Shown piece by piece: positions 52,401 through 64,000 of a DNA stretch of 64,000 bases (within the stretch, counting starts at the first letter, position 1; each line of letters starts with the position of its first letter). The notes under the pieces are model-generated. The model was not told where the DNA came from, did no database searches, and saw only the letters and a list, made by a program, of their open reading frames with translations. Source of the DNA: Epiperipatus broadwayi (lineage: Eukaryota > Animalia > Onychophora); assembly GCA_028023455.1 (NCBI GenBank), contig JAQFVV010000005.1, positions 11,470,001 through 11,534,000 on the forward strand, given 5' to 3'. Both the position numbers and the translations under genes were made by a program.

Positions 52401-53332
52401 CATTTTTGTATCATTGGGTATCTCTGAAAAACCATGCCACATATCAGTTGAAATCATCATCTCCAAGTGTTTCTACTTCTTGTTCCGTTTTTTAAACATT
52501 CACCCACCCCCCCAATCCTATAATATGACCTTTTTTTCTTCCTCTAAATCTTTTGTTATCCTTCAAAATATTCTCCATAATTCATTTTTTTGATCATTTA
52601 TTAAATTTAATAAATAACATTTAATTGTCCTCTATTTTAGATTTCATGTTTTCAAGAGTATTATTCTTAAAGCCTTCACATTTCCCCCTAAATATTCAAG
52701 TAATTACTTCATTTAAAGCTATATTAAATGGGGAAGAAAACCATTAAAGTATTTTTTTTTTAAAATCAAATTTTAAAAGCCCGTAGAATAATTTTCTATT
52801 TTTATTTGAGGCGTAGTAAATCATTTTTACAAAGTATTCTTTTTCTCATATATCTTTTTGGTGCATTAATAATAAAATTGTAAAACAAAAATTCACCTAT
52901 TGTTTATCACTATAATAATGCTTATTTTATTTTATACTTGTTAAATCTGACAATTTTAGTGAGCAGCATTCTTTAGAACTAAAGTATATATAAATATCTA
53001 AAAAAAACAGTTGATCTAGTCAATATAAACAATGCTATATAAACATATCCTATTTATAAATTAAACTTAAATTCTTCAAAGTTTATGCTATATTTTTATC
53101 ATGATAAAAAGTCCTTACCATTTTAATATAATTTATGTTGAATTGTTTCTTGTAATAATTAGGATTAGAATAATATATATGTAGTATTGACTTTGAGTGT
53201 AAATCTTTACTATATTTATAATAGGATCTAAGAAGGTTTCAATTTGCAATACAATATAATGTTTATTTACTTTTGTTTGTATTCATTAGATAAAATATTT
53301 TGTATATATATTCATGTAAATTTATATACATT

Positions 53333-53372
53333 TTAGCTCTGAAGAAGACTGCTGGTCAGTCAAAACTGATAG
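53333..53372 (+). ncRNA. Penelope-type hammerhead core relic
   Basis: CTGAAGA-A-GACTG-CTGGT-CAGTC-AAAAC. Perfect 5-bp stem II; GAAA is CpG-decayed; stems I and III are not recoverable. Confidence 0.45.
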
Positions 53373-54349
53373 ATTGATGAAATATAAAATGAAATACAGT
53401 ACACATTATTATAATGCTAAAAGAAAAATGGATTTATTTAATTGTTAAATCTAGCCAGTATTTAAATATTGTATTTCACAAAATCAGTTTGCAGCTTTCT
53501 CATTGTTTATTGACTACTTTTTTAAACAACTATTATTCTGAAGTTCCTATAGAGTGTTTCTTCAGTTATGAATTATCTGACCATGATATTAGGAAAAGTT
53601 TTCTTTTTAATCTAATATTTTAACTACAAGACATTTTGTTTTTTCATAAATGTATTAAATATTTATAAATGTCTTTATATTAGATTAATAGTACTATATT
53701 TTAAATAATTCAACTCTGCTGTTTTTAAGTTGAATTAGCTGTTGCAATTTACACTGTTAGCTTGATTTTCATTAGTCAGTTTTTTTTTAGTTTAACTGTA
53801 TGATTTAAGACTATTAGAGTGATTGATTCAAGACTTAAAGACTCAACCACAATTATCTCTTGTAATTTTCAATGACCACATATCTCATGACTTTTCAATA
53901 GATGAAACATTCATTTCAGAAGAAAATTTACAATTGCAGTAATATAATTTTAAAAAAGTGTATTTACTAATCATTGTTTATTTTGATATAACATTGTCTT
54001 ATTTAATTCATTTTTTTAACAACAGATTGCATAGATATTATTTTTTCATATAATTATAAGTTATTGCACACATGTCCAAAAAGTAGTTCACTTAATTAAG
54101 AATGTTTTAATTATAGATAAAAATTTAAGCAATGTGATAACATTTTATGTATAAATAGAAATTTTTTCCATGGTTTATTGAAATGCATATAGGAAACTTA
54201 ATTTTTTTTATTAAAAGTGTGATATTAAATTGATATTCTTTTCAATAAAGGACACTGAAATATTTAAAGCACTTTTGCTAAGGATTTATATGGTATAATT
54301 ATTGAAGAAATTTTATTTAAAATTGTGATATTGGTAACAAAATTTGATA

Positions 54350-54545
54350 ACTTAGTAATAAAATTTGAGAAATTAGTAATAAAATCAGTAACAGTTCAGC
54401 AATTAATTAGTAATAAAATTTGATAAATTAGTAATAAAATCAGTAATAAATCAGTGATTAATTAGTAATAAAATTTGATAAATTAGTAATAAAATCAGCA
54501 ATAAATCAGTAATAGTTCAGTGATTAATTAGTAATAAAATATGCA
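54350..54545 (+). repeat. Degenerate minisatellite with ATTAGTAATAAAAT core
   Basis: About eight copies of (a)ttagtaataaaat, alternating with ttgataa or cagtaa linkers. Confidence 0.85.
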
Positions 54546-57500
54546 ATAAATTCAATTCTTACAAAATATTAAAAATGGTGGATCAGACACGGTAAAAAAT
54601 GCCTCTCACTTTTTTCTCATGTGTCATAGCATCATCTGGAAAGTGAACCCACTAATCTGGGACAACTGCTTGTAAAGCAGCTGTCACTGACCTATTGACC
54701 ACCAATGCTTGACACCTCTCACTTGGTCAATGCAAGAAGGTAAAAGACAGATATTTACCCAGAATTCACCCAAGTATTGAAAATCTCGAAGGTGACACTT
54801 TGATCACTCCTATTGATTAGTCATGCTATTGTTTCAGTTGCCATGACATTGTTTTGGTTCTTCGTCAATGATATCTACCGGTGGGTTGTGTAGTACATCA
54901 TAGCTTAGTACCGAATTTTAATAATCACATTATTTACCAGGATATTGTAATTAAGTCTGTCAAAACTGTTCAAGGGTCATGGCACATAATAAAATAATTT
55001 TATGACGATGATAATAATATTCACAATTTTAAAACAACACTTAAAATGTTTTGGGAAAAAAATGTTTTCAACAATTTTAAGTAATATTATTAGGCATTTT
55101 AATGAACTTTGTCAATATCAAACAATTACAGCTTCTAAAAATGTTAGTTTTAAAGTGAAAATTTATGATAATCGCTTCAAAAGATTGTGTTTTTGAACAC
55201 ATTATTATCTTTACTTGAAATAGAATTAATTAAACAAGGCAAAAAAATTCTATAAATGTACGACTAGACATTTTACAATTATGCTTTTTAAAATATTTAA
55301 AAAAATTGCTTTGTGTGATGCAGCTATAAATTAGTTGGACTTAAGTGTAAAATATTAATCAACTACTATGTCCAGATTCCCAAGATATTGCAGTTGTAGT
55401 CTTAAATGATAATCAAAACAAAAGTACTAAGTAAAATAAAAACACCATTAGACAAAATAGATTAGAACAAACTTTTAATATAAATATTGTATATATTATT
55501 ATCAGAACAATACAAACACATAATTTGTTATTAATTTAAACCACATTACTTACACATTAGCAATTTCACCCAAAGGCTTAATCGAGGTGGCCTATAACAA
55601 GTTCCCAGATCAGGATTTTCCAATCTTTTTGGTCTCCATACCCCTTCACCTTTATTCAATTATATGGTACTCCATATTCATTATAATAAGGAATAGGCAG
55701 TTGGGATGTCATGTGCATGCATAGAAAATCCAGATGCCATGGAAGCAAGCCTTGAGGGAGTTCAGGTCTGATATCTTGAACTTTTATCGGGGAATTTTGA
55801 GTTATTAGACTCTACAGTAAGAAAAAAGTCTATGCAACTTCATTATTTCTAAAAAGAGACAAGGAATAATCCAAAAATGATGATAACATAACTGGAATGC
55901 ATTACTGTACCCCCATGGCTAGCTTCATGCACACCCTGTAAGTATAGGTAACCTTGGTTTGGAACTCTGCACTAGATCATTTTATTGACCTTCAATTGGG
56001 ATGTTTCTGGTTATTGAGGATTGCTAAGTCCTTAGGTCCTAGTTGTTATTTCTATGCTAATGCACTTGCTTCAGCTTTCTGCTAAAATCACTATCATATA
56101 TCAGTTTGTATTGTCTGATCACATAAGAATATTGAATGTACATATTTCAAGGGTGTAAATAAAGTATTGTGTTTGTAATAGCTCTTCAGATAGGCAGTTC
56201 AATAAATTTTCCCATTGCTAACACTCTAGAAAACAAATATGTGTTTGCATTAGGATTATGCAAATATAATAAATTATGCAGATTATTCAAGATGCATTAA
56301 AAACAAATCAGTGTGTGTCATAACAGTAGAAGACAGCATGCAACACAATGTGCATTATAACAATGTTTTACAGTTTCGAGCAAAGTGAGAGACAATAGTG
56401 AACTCTGGGAAAAGATGAAACTCTGCACATATTAAGAAATGAGTGTGAAGAATATCTATATATAGATCATGATATATGATGAGTAGTACATATAGAAAAT
56501 ATTAATATATTAAATCAAACCTAATGATTGAGTAAATGTATTCCAAGATTTGTTTTTGTAACACTTTATTATGTTCATGGTGATATAATAAACATCTTTA
56601 TTATGTTTTCACCATAGTGTTGAATTTTATTTGAGATAATGAATATTGATTCTTATGTGCTGATAATGCCAATATTACCCCTGTATTTATCAGATTGATG
56701 ATGTCATATCTTTAAATAATGGATTAATCCAGATCCCATCACATTTAGATTACATTGAGCATTCACCACCTCGAATCAATGCATAGACAAATAGGGAACA
56801 GGTAGTAAATTATGCTTGCTGCTAAGCTAAACAGTTGACATAGTAAGGCAAGTCTGTGTTCAAGACTGGAGACTGCTAGAACCAAATGCTGACATGAAGC
56901 AAGTACTCAAGTACAGCCAGAAGTGTTAACATAGCTACTCACAAGGCAGGCTGTCATAGAAAAGCAGGAAATGGTAGGTAAAACCTACATGGGTATGTGA
57001 AGTCCCTCCCATAGTTTGACAAACTAGAAACTATACCTTGCCAAGACAGAGTATAAGCATTGAAAATACCACAAATATGCAAATGTATATTTGTTTTTAT
57101 GTATTAATAAATATATTTTAAAACATATTTACATGAGTTTCTGTTTGTGCATATACTAATCACAACATGCAGTCAACATATGGTAGATCAGAGCAGTTGG
57201 AAAATAAATCTGTGAAATGGAAAGAAAGTTGTCTGTTGCTTATAGCAGATTTGTGTGGTCTGAAACTGTTAGAGATCTGTGTAAGAAATAAACAACAGCT
57301 AAAAATTAATAGAGAAAAGTAATGGCACTGCAAATTAACTCCATTAGCAAGTTTGATGTAAACAATGTAGCTTCATGGCAAATACATCTTGCTTATAGAG
57401 AAACTTGAGATAATAAATGTTGATACATACATCATTCTTCATGTTTTTATTAAGTTTTAAGTAATTACTACTTTTCCCACATTATACCAGAAAGCTATAA

Positions 57501-57622
57501 TTGTTTATTTTTAGATTAACATCTAAGTGATAATTAGTTTGGAGGAAAATGCTATTTTTTCCACATTAGACAATTTCCACAGCAATTATTTGGTAAATGT
57601 AATTTTATTTAAATAGATATGT

Positions 57623-58475
57623 CCTGTACATGAGGGGTCAGAGTAATTTGTGGTTGACATAGGTAGGATGAAAAGGTGAGCTTAGAATGTTCCATCAGAT
57701 TTTCAATGAAATGGATGGTTGAAGAGTTGTGGGGGGAGTGGTTTGAAGTCTGTCCATTAAAGTATGAAGATTGGCTAGCTGAGCTTTGATTGTATATACA
57801 TGTGATGATAATTTGGACCAATTCATGAATGCTGGTTTAGCACAAAATACATATATTGGTGATTATTTATCTTTTCAACATGTGTGTGATCAAGTGTATC
57901 AGCAGTATAAGACAGCATGGATGGTTGAGGATCGTGTGAAAGTCTGAGTTCAAATCCCCTATACATTACATATAGAAGTGCAGGTAAGAAAAAGCCTGTA
58001 CTGTAGAAAAAAATCGTATTTCAAAATATAGTGCTTTAAGATCTGCCCATCCCTCATATATGTATGTAAATGGATTATATCCTGTACATGAAAGGTCAGA
58101 GTGACTTGTGGTCAACATGAGTAGGATGAAAAGGTTGGCTCTAAGGTGGGCTTTGGGGATGGATTTTCAATGAAATGAATGGCTGAAGAGTTGTGGAGTG
58201 GTTTGAAGCATGTCCATTAAAGTATGAAGATAGGCTATCTTAATATAAGCTGATCTTTGATTATATATGTGTGTGGAAACAATCTGGACTAACTGATGAT
58301 TGCTGGTGTAGCATAAAATATGTGTATTGGTAATTATTTTTCTTTTCAACATGTGTGATCAAGTGTATCAGCAGTTTGAGATAGGATCGATGGTTGAGGG
58401 ACATGTGAAAGACTGAGTTCAAAACCACTATATATTACATATAAAAGTGCAGGTATGAAAAAGTCTACTATAGAA
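57623..58475 (+). mobile_element. Diverged tandem dimer (period 458 bp) with a hammerhead relic and Pol III box-like motif (family 3)
   Basis: cctgtacatga at 57623 and 58081. Hammerhead-like motifs at 57817-57860 and 58288-58331. GAGTTCAAA B-box-like motif at ~57946 and ~58416. Confidence 0.7.
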
Positions 58476-61157
58476 AAAAATTCAGACATTTTATTTTTAT
58501 TTAACAAATACACTACATTTTATTGCTTATTAATTGGATCAGGATAATAACATCTTCACCTAAGGAAATTTCCAGTGCATTAATGCTTTTATTATCTATT
58601 CTCAGAACAGTAGCTGGCACTGAACAATCATTTTCAAATCTATGACAATCGAAAATTATGTAAAAAGTTTTGATGTAGCAAATATTGTACAATTATTTGG
58701 GTATATCAAAATTATAAATTTAAACAGCAATTGAATATGAAATTTTAATTTTGAATGAATAATATTTTTTTCTTTTTAAAAGTCAAATTAATATTACTGG
58801 GAAACAATATGCTAAAAATATACATATTTATTAAAGAATAAATAAAGTTATGTATACAAGCATTTATTGAAATGCTAGAATATTCCAGAATTAGAATAAA
58901 AAATTTGTATACAGAAAAAGAAATTACATATAAAGAAATGTTCTCTTTATGCAAATTAGAAAAACAGATAAAAAGTCTGCAGAAGAATTAAGTGGAGTTA
59001 AAAAAAAGTAATCTAGGGGAAAGATAGACTAATGAAAGTGGCTATCTCAAAATAATGTGCTTACAAAATTGCAGAAATAAAGAGACTATAGATATTCAAA
59101 CTCTAAGGAGATAGGAACTATTAAGAGATCTATGCAATCTTGTTCTCCACTGCAAATAGTGAGTTCATTTATTAATATCTACTAATATTATTATTTAGAG
59201 TAAATAAACTCTTGAATTTGTTATTAAACTTTGTGTTATGTTTTAATACACCTATTCAGCTGCCAATTGACTGGTTGACTTAGAATATATATGCTGTAGT
59301 CAGCAGTCTTAAAGCTGGATATATTATGTGTCAGCATCAACAAAAGCATTTAGGAAAAATACTAAGAGCAGTTTTGACAAGAAAATTTAATTTGTGTGAT
59401 ACAATTCAGATGTGCAGTTGAAACGATGCAGAAAACCATGACCTTTGATATAAAAAATCCAGTCAATGTCAAATATGTGCAAGTCATGTGAAATATATCC
59501 TTATGAATGAAGAAACAGATGATATGTTTAAATTGTTTATGTGATCCAAAGCCACCCAAAGAATAACATTAAATACATATTTGAAAACTATATTGTTGAA
59601 ATTTTCAGTGCTTCTTTGTAGGAGGATGCAGTCACAAAATAAAACTGAATATGACTTGATCCTATGAACTTGAGCAAAAGATTGCAAATTTAAAACATTT
59701 ATTGACAAAATGTTACTAGATTAGCTACTATGGGGAATAATAGACAGCTTATAGAAATATTACTAAGGAAGAAGGAATTAGCATACAAGATCCCTACTGA
59801 ACAAGCATTAGCTTATGAAGCCATGGTAGATCATAGTGAAACTGTGAAATAGAATGATTTTTCCAAAATGAGTATAAATGTGGCAAAACTACAAGAGATA
59901 AATAAAAAATAAACCAAGACTCCTACTGGTTTTGTTGTGGAAAGATGGGTTATTTAAAATCTAACTACACATTTAAAATGAAAAAATTATTTAACTGTTG
60001 ATTGAAAGATCTCTTGTCAAAATTATGTAAGCAATGAACAACTAAGCAAGATTTACAGTGAAAGAGTAAATTGAGGAGAGCAGTGTCTAAAAAGTTGACA
60101 ATGATAAATAAATTGAAAGATAGTGATGATATGCTTAAATTAAACATGAAAATCTATCAAAATGTATAAATGGAGATCAACATTGGGGCAGGTATGTAAA
60201 TATCATGAATAGACTGGAATATGATTGTAGAAAGACAAACATCAATAACTCTTGTCAGACAAACAACAATTGCATAGCAGTTAGAGGAATGGCTACAGTG
60301 CAAATATGAGTAAATAGCAATAGGGAACAATTACTATTATATGCATCAGAATAGAATATTAACCCACCTTTAAGAAGTTGATTTAAACATCTGAGGGTAA
60401 TAGATCATAATGAATGTAAAAATTAGAAGCCGAAATAAAGAAACAATTCCCATAATTCTTTAAAACTAATCTAGCAGAGTTCAAATCATCACCAATTGAT
60501 ATTGAGTTAGTTGATAATGCCCAGCAGGTCATACATAGACTAAGGAAAATTGCCTTTGCACTTAAGGCAAAAGTTGAGAAGGCATAAAATGAATTAAGAC
60601 AATTACACCTGAGGAATCAGACTGAGCTATACCAATAGTAACAATGTTAAAATTTTATGGAAGTGTAAGAATATGCAATGTCTATAAAGTTACAGTCATC
60701 ACATACACAGCTAAAGGAGAATAATCTGTATCTAATGTGAAGGAAATACTAGCATCTTTGAAATGACTAGTTATTTCTTGATTTGAAAACTTTCATCAAA
60801 ATCTGGTCACCAAGAGAACCACAATCATTGACTATAAATATGCACATGGTATTATTTAAGTTCAATAGACTACCATATGGAATATCCATAGTAACTGTTC
60901 CAGGTAAAAATAAAAAATGTATTATGTTGAATAAATGGCATTATACTGTACATAGATGATATATTATAGGTTGCTGACAGCTAAATAAAATTAAAAAAAA
61001 TAGTATACTTAGTCAAAATAAGAGTCATAGATCACATGACCCTATTCTCTTAAGCTTGTAAGTTATAAACAATGAGGATTGCTAATTCCTCAACAAGCTT
61101 TGTGATAAATGCTTAGCTAGAGAAAGCATTTAAAATATCTCTGTCAGGATCCCCTAA

Positions 61158-61200
61158 ATCTCTGACCATGGTTTCATCCTCTGACACTCCTCAGAGAGGT
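61158..61200 (-). ncRNA. Type-I hammerhead motif (family 2)
   Basis: Minus strand: ACCTCT-CTGAGGA-GTGT-CAGA-GGAT-GAAAC-CATG-GTC-AGAGAT. Core intact; stem II imperfect. Confidence 0.7.
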
Positions 61201-61602
61201 GCTAGAATAGGTTCAGACACTAGATCTAAAAACACCAACCCAAATCTAGCATTTACCTAAAAGTTATCTATTGAGTGGAAAATCTGAAATTTTCAGATGC
61301 CTACATGTCTTCAAACCCAGCTATCCAACTCAAATAGCTATATGGGGCTGAGAGATCTTGAACCATACCATATATTAGTAGTCTTTGCCTTAAGTCTTAT
61401 GCAATGTTATATTGCTACAACTACTAATATATGGTTTGGCTGAAGATCTCTCAGCTCCATATAGCTATTTGAGTTGGATAGCAGGGTTTGAAGACATGTA
61501 GGTGTCTGAAAATTTCAGATTTTCCACTCAATAGATAACTTTTAGTTAAATGCTAGCTTTAGGTTGGTGTTTTTAGATCTAAAGTCTGAACCTACCCTTT
61601 CC

Positions 61603-61643
61603 CCTTTCTGAGGATTGCCAGAGCACGAAACCATGGTCAGAGG
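61603..61643 (+). ncRNA. Type-I hammerhead motif (family 2)
   Basis: CCTTT-CTGAGGA-TTGC-CAGA-GCAC-GAAAC-CATG-GTC-AGAGG. Core intact; one mismatch at the base of stem II. Confidence 0.75.
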
Positions 61644-64000
61644 TTTGGGGAGGGGTCCTGACAGAGATATTTGAAATGCTTTCCCTAGTTAAGCATTTAT
61701 CACAAAGCTTGTTGAGGAATTGACAAACCTCATTGTTTATAGTATACTTAGTCTGTTAAAAATAAAAATTTGGTGCAATGTATTTGGATTATGAAAAAGA
61801 TAAAATTTCTGGGATATATTGTTAATGAAAATGGAAAATGTCCACACCCAGAAAAAGTAATTTCATGAAGAATGCCCTGAAGCCAAAAAATTGTAAATAA
61901 TTTTAAGCATTCCTAGTATTGGTAAACTTCTTTGAGGTTTTTCTGGAGGTAAGATCACACATAGTTATGCCCTTTTATAAACTTCTAAAGAAGAATAGTA
62001 GAAATATGGAAATTGGAAGATATGACTTTTCAATGAGTAAAAGAATTACTGTTCACTGTTAGGTTATTAGTGAATTACAATGAATGGCAAGAAATAATTA
62101 TTACAACTGGTGCTTCAGAATTTGGTTAGGAGCAGTCTTATCACATGTAGTGCATAGTGGGAAGACCCTATTGTGTATGCTTAAAGAAAATTGTCTACAG
62201 CCAATACAAACTACAGCCGAATAGACAAAGAAGCTTTGGCATTAGTGTATGCAAGGAAAAAATTCCACCAGTATGTATTTGAACAGTTTTTTAAGATTTA
62301 CACTGACCATAGGCCATTATTAAGACTTCTAGGAAAAACAAGCAAAACCCAGGCCATGCTAGTCAGTGAATGATAAGATGGATTAAAATCTTAGTATCTT
62401 ATATGGCTATAAATTGCATTATAGACCCAGAAAACAGATTAAGCACATGGATGTTCTGTCTAAAATGTTGGACCAAATCATAGCTGAATAGACAGAAATA
62501 AAAATCTCACCTTAAAACATCAATAAAATATAGATAGCTGGTTAAATGACCAGAAAATTGGTCTGCAGTAATATGGAATGCTCAACAAAATGTCAATTGT
62601 GTAAAAATTGTATTTTAATGATGGACCATGTGATGACTCCCCCTAAAGACAGGAGAAGAATCTTCTGTTTATTACATGAAGGACATCTCAGTGTTGTTAG
62701 GATGAAAGAATTAGCACCCGCATATGTTTGGTATCCAGAGTTGAACTGCAACATTGAACAGGCTGAAAAATTATCAAGCATGTCAAAGCACAGCAAATTT
62801 ACTAGCTAAGAAATTAAATCCTGACTTGAAACTTGGCAATGATTACAATATATGTCATGCAGGGCTGTTTCATGGAAAATAATCTTTATATCTATAGTTG
62901 TAAACAAGTACAGAAAATATAATACAATTTTTGAATAAACTTTTTGTGAAACACAGTTACCCAAGGACTTCAGTAATGAATAACAAAACTGAATTCTGCT
63001 CAGAGAAATTCCTTACTCCAAAGAGATATGGCATGTATTAATACCATCCTATTACCCACAATCTAATGCAATAATGGAAAAAGTAGAACAACAACTAAAA
63101 ATGCAATAAACAAGCAGGAATATTATGCTGGCATACATGAAGCAATTATTGCTGCTATGTTTTATCAGCATTTTATACCCAGAATAATCACAAAAAAATT
63201 ATTGACATTCTGCTATTAAGATGAATAAGAAAACAGTCTATATTATATCCAAATAAAAATAGAAAGAAAAATGACTATTTGAAAAATGTAAAATTTACCA
63301 GGAAGCAAAATGTATGGATTAAAGATATATAGTAAAGAGAAAATGGCTACCAGAAATAATTAAAAAAATAATATATGAAACATACACAAAATAAGATTAG
63401 ATGACAATTGAGTATTTAAATGTCAAACCATATTCGAGAATGGAGAACAGAGCCATTAGAAAATGTTATTCTGAATTCAGAGAAAAATATCTGATATTTC
63501 TGATAAAATTGAATTAAAAACGTTGGTTCTTCTGTTTAAGAAGCTATCAAAGTAACAAATGAACTGGGAAAAAGAAAAGATGTTGAAGACAGAGGAAGAA
63601 AATAAAATCTCAACAAGGCCTGCCAGAGCATAGAAGAGACTGATAAAGTTACAAGTCTATTGCAAATAAAGCAGACAATATAAATAAAAAACTAGAAAAT
63701 CTGTATATAAATTCTGCTTATTTCTAGTGTAAAAGGAGGAATGCTATATGTATATATGTAACCTTAAGTTCTGCATACAGAACTATGCTTAGGTATTATG
63801 CTGGAATATCTAAATATATATAGTTTATTTTCTTTTAAATAAATCATTTTGCATATTAAATGTAGTAAATAATTTAATCTGGAAAAAATATTGATCAAAA
63901 GTTATATTTATTTATGGTAAGTTTAACTAAGATGAGTTTAATTATTGTTAAAAGTATAGGTATAACTAATTTTGAAATTATAAATATTTTAAAAGTATTT

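Larger units (their letters stand above)
50600..55200 (+). repeat. Old segmental duplication, copy B
   Basis: Collinear with copy A. Lacks the 39505-39800 and 40162-43988 insertions. Confidence 0.8.
61015..61738. mobile_element. Family 2 hammerhead repeat as a fold-back insertion with a 15-bp TSD, inside Gypsy RT
   Basis: Arms ~61064-61382 and ~61420-61740 are reverse complements. ATAGTATACTTAGTC at 61000-61014 and 61739-61753. Confidence 0.92.
59560..63740 (+). mobile_element. Decayed Ty3/Gypsy (K02A2.6-like) LTR retrotransposon gag-pol
   Basis: Gag-like AKDCKF...MLLD and a knuckle-like CCGKMG. RT: FALKAKVEK, LYIDDIL (~60943-60965), FLGYIV. RNase H: NYSRIDKEALALVYARKKFHQY...YTDHRPL. Integrase: LHEGHLSVVRMK, YYPQSNA. 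Purine tract AAAAGGAGGAA at 63731-63741 followed by TG. Confidence 0.85.

Noticed and set aside
54350-54545. CRISPR-like repeat-spacer array
   Set aside because: The linkers are short and themselves repetitive, the context is eukaryotic and there are no cas genes. It is a minisatellite.
54820-54880. Hammerhead on the minus strand (TTGACGAAGAACC...GAAAC)
   Set aside because: The first core base is mutated and stems I-III do not pair convincingly. No second copy is available in the window to build a consensus.

Overview
Very AT-rich, CpG-depleted nuclear DNA from an invertebrate, probably an arthropod (inferred from an embedded nad5 NUMT that reads in the invertebrate mitochondrial code). The only convincing host gene is an intronless C2H2 zinc-finger array ORF (29919-31649, 16 canonical fingers, built from a 5-finger/~420-bp higher-order repeat). 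The rest is mostly decayed transposons: hAT transposase remnants, a Penelope element with inverted arms, Ty3/Gypsy pol remnants, a full-length RTE LINE with a 13-bp TSD plus an older RTE relic, and another LINE. There is also an old duplication (~39.1-46.9 kb vs ~50.6-55.2 kb). The most striking unannotated signal is a set of non-coding repeats of ~420-460 bp, each carrying a minimal type-I hammerhead ribozyme motif (CUGANGA...GAAA...NUH) with a palindromic stem III (ACUAGU, ACCAUGGU, ACCAAUUGGU, UACAUGUA). They occur as tandem and fold-back insertions, several with 11-15 bp TSDs. They look like Penelope-mobilised, non-LTR retrozyme-like elements from at least three families. Individual copies are mutated, often by CpG decay, and the intact fold appears mainly in cross-copy consensus. 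All translations and alignments were done by eye, so boundaries are approximate unless stated.
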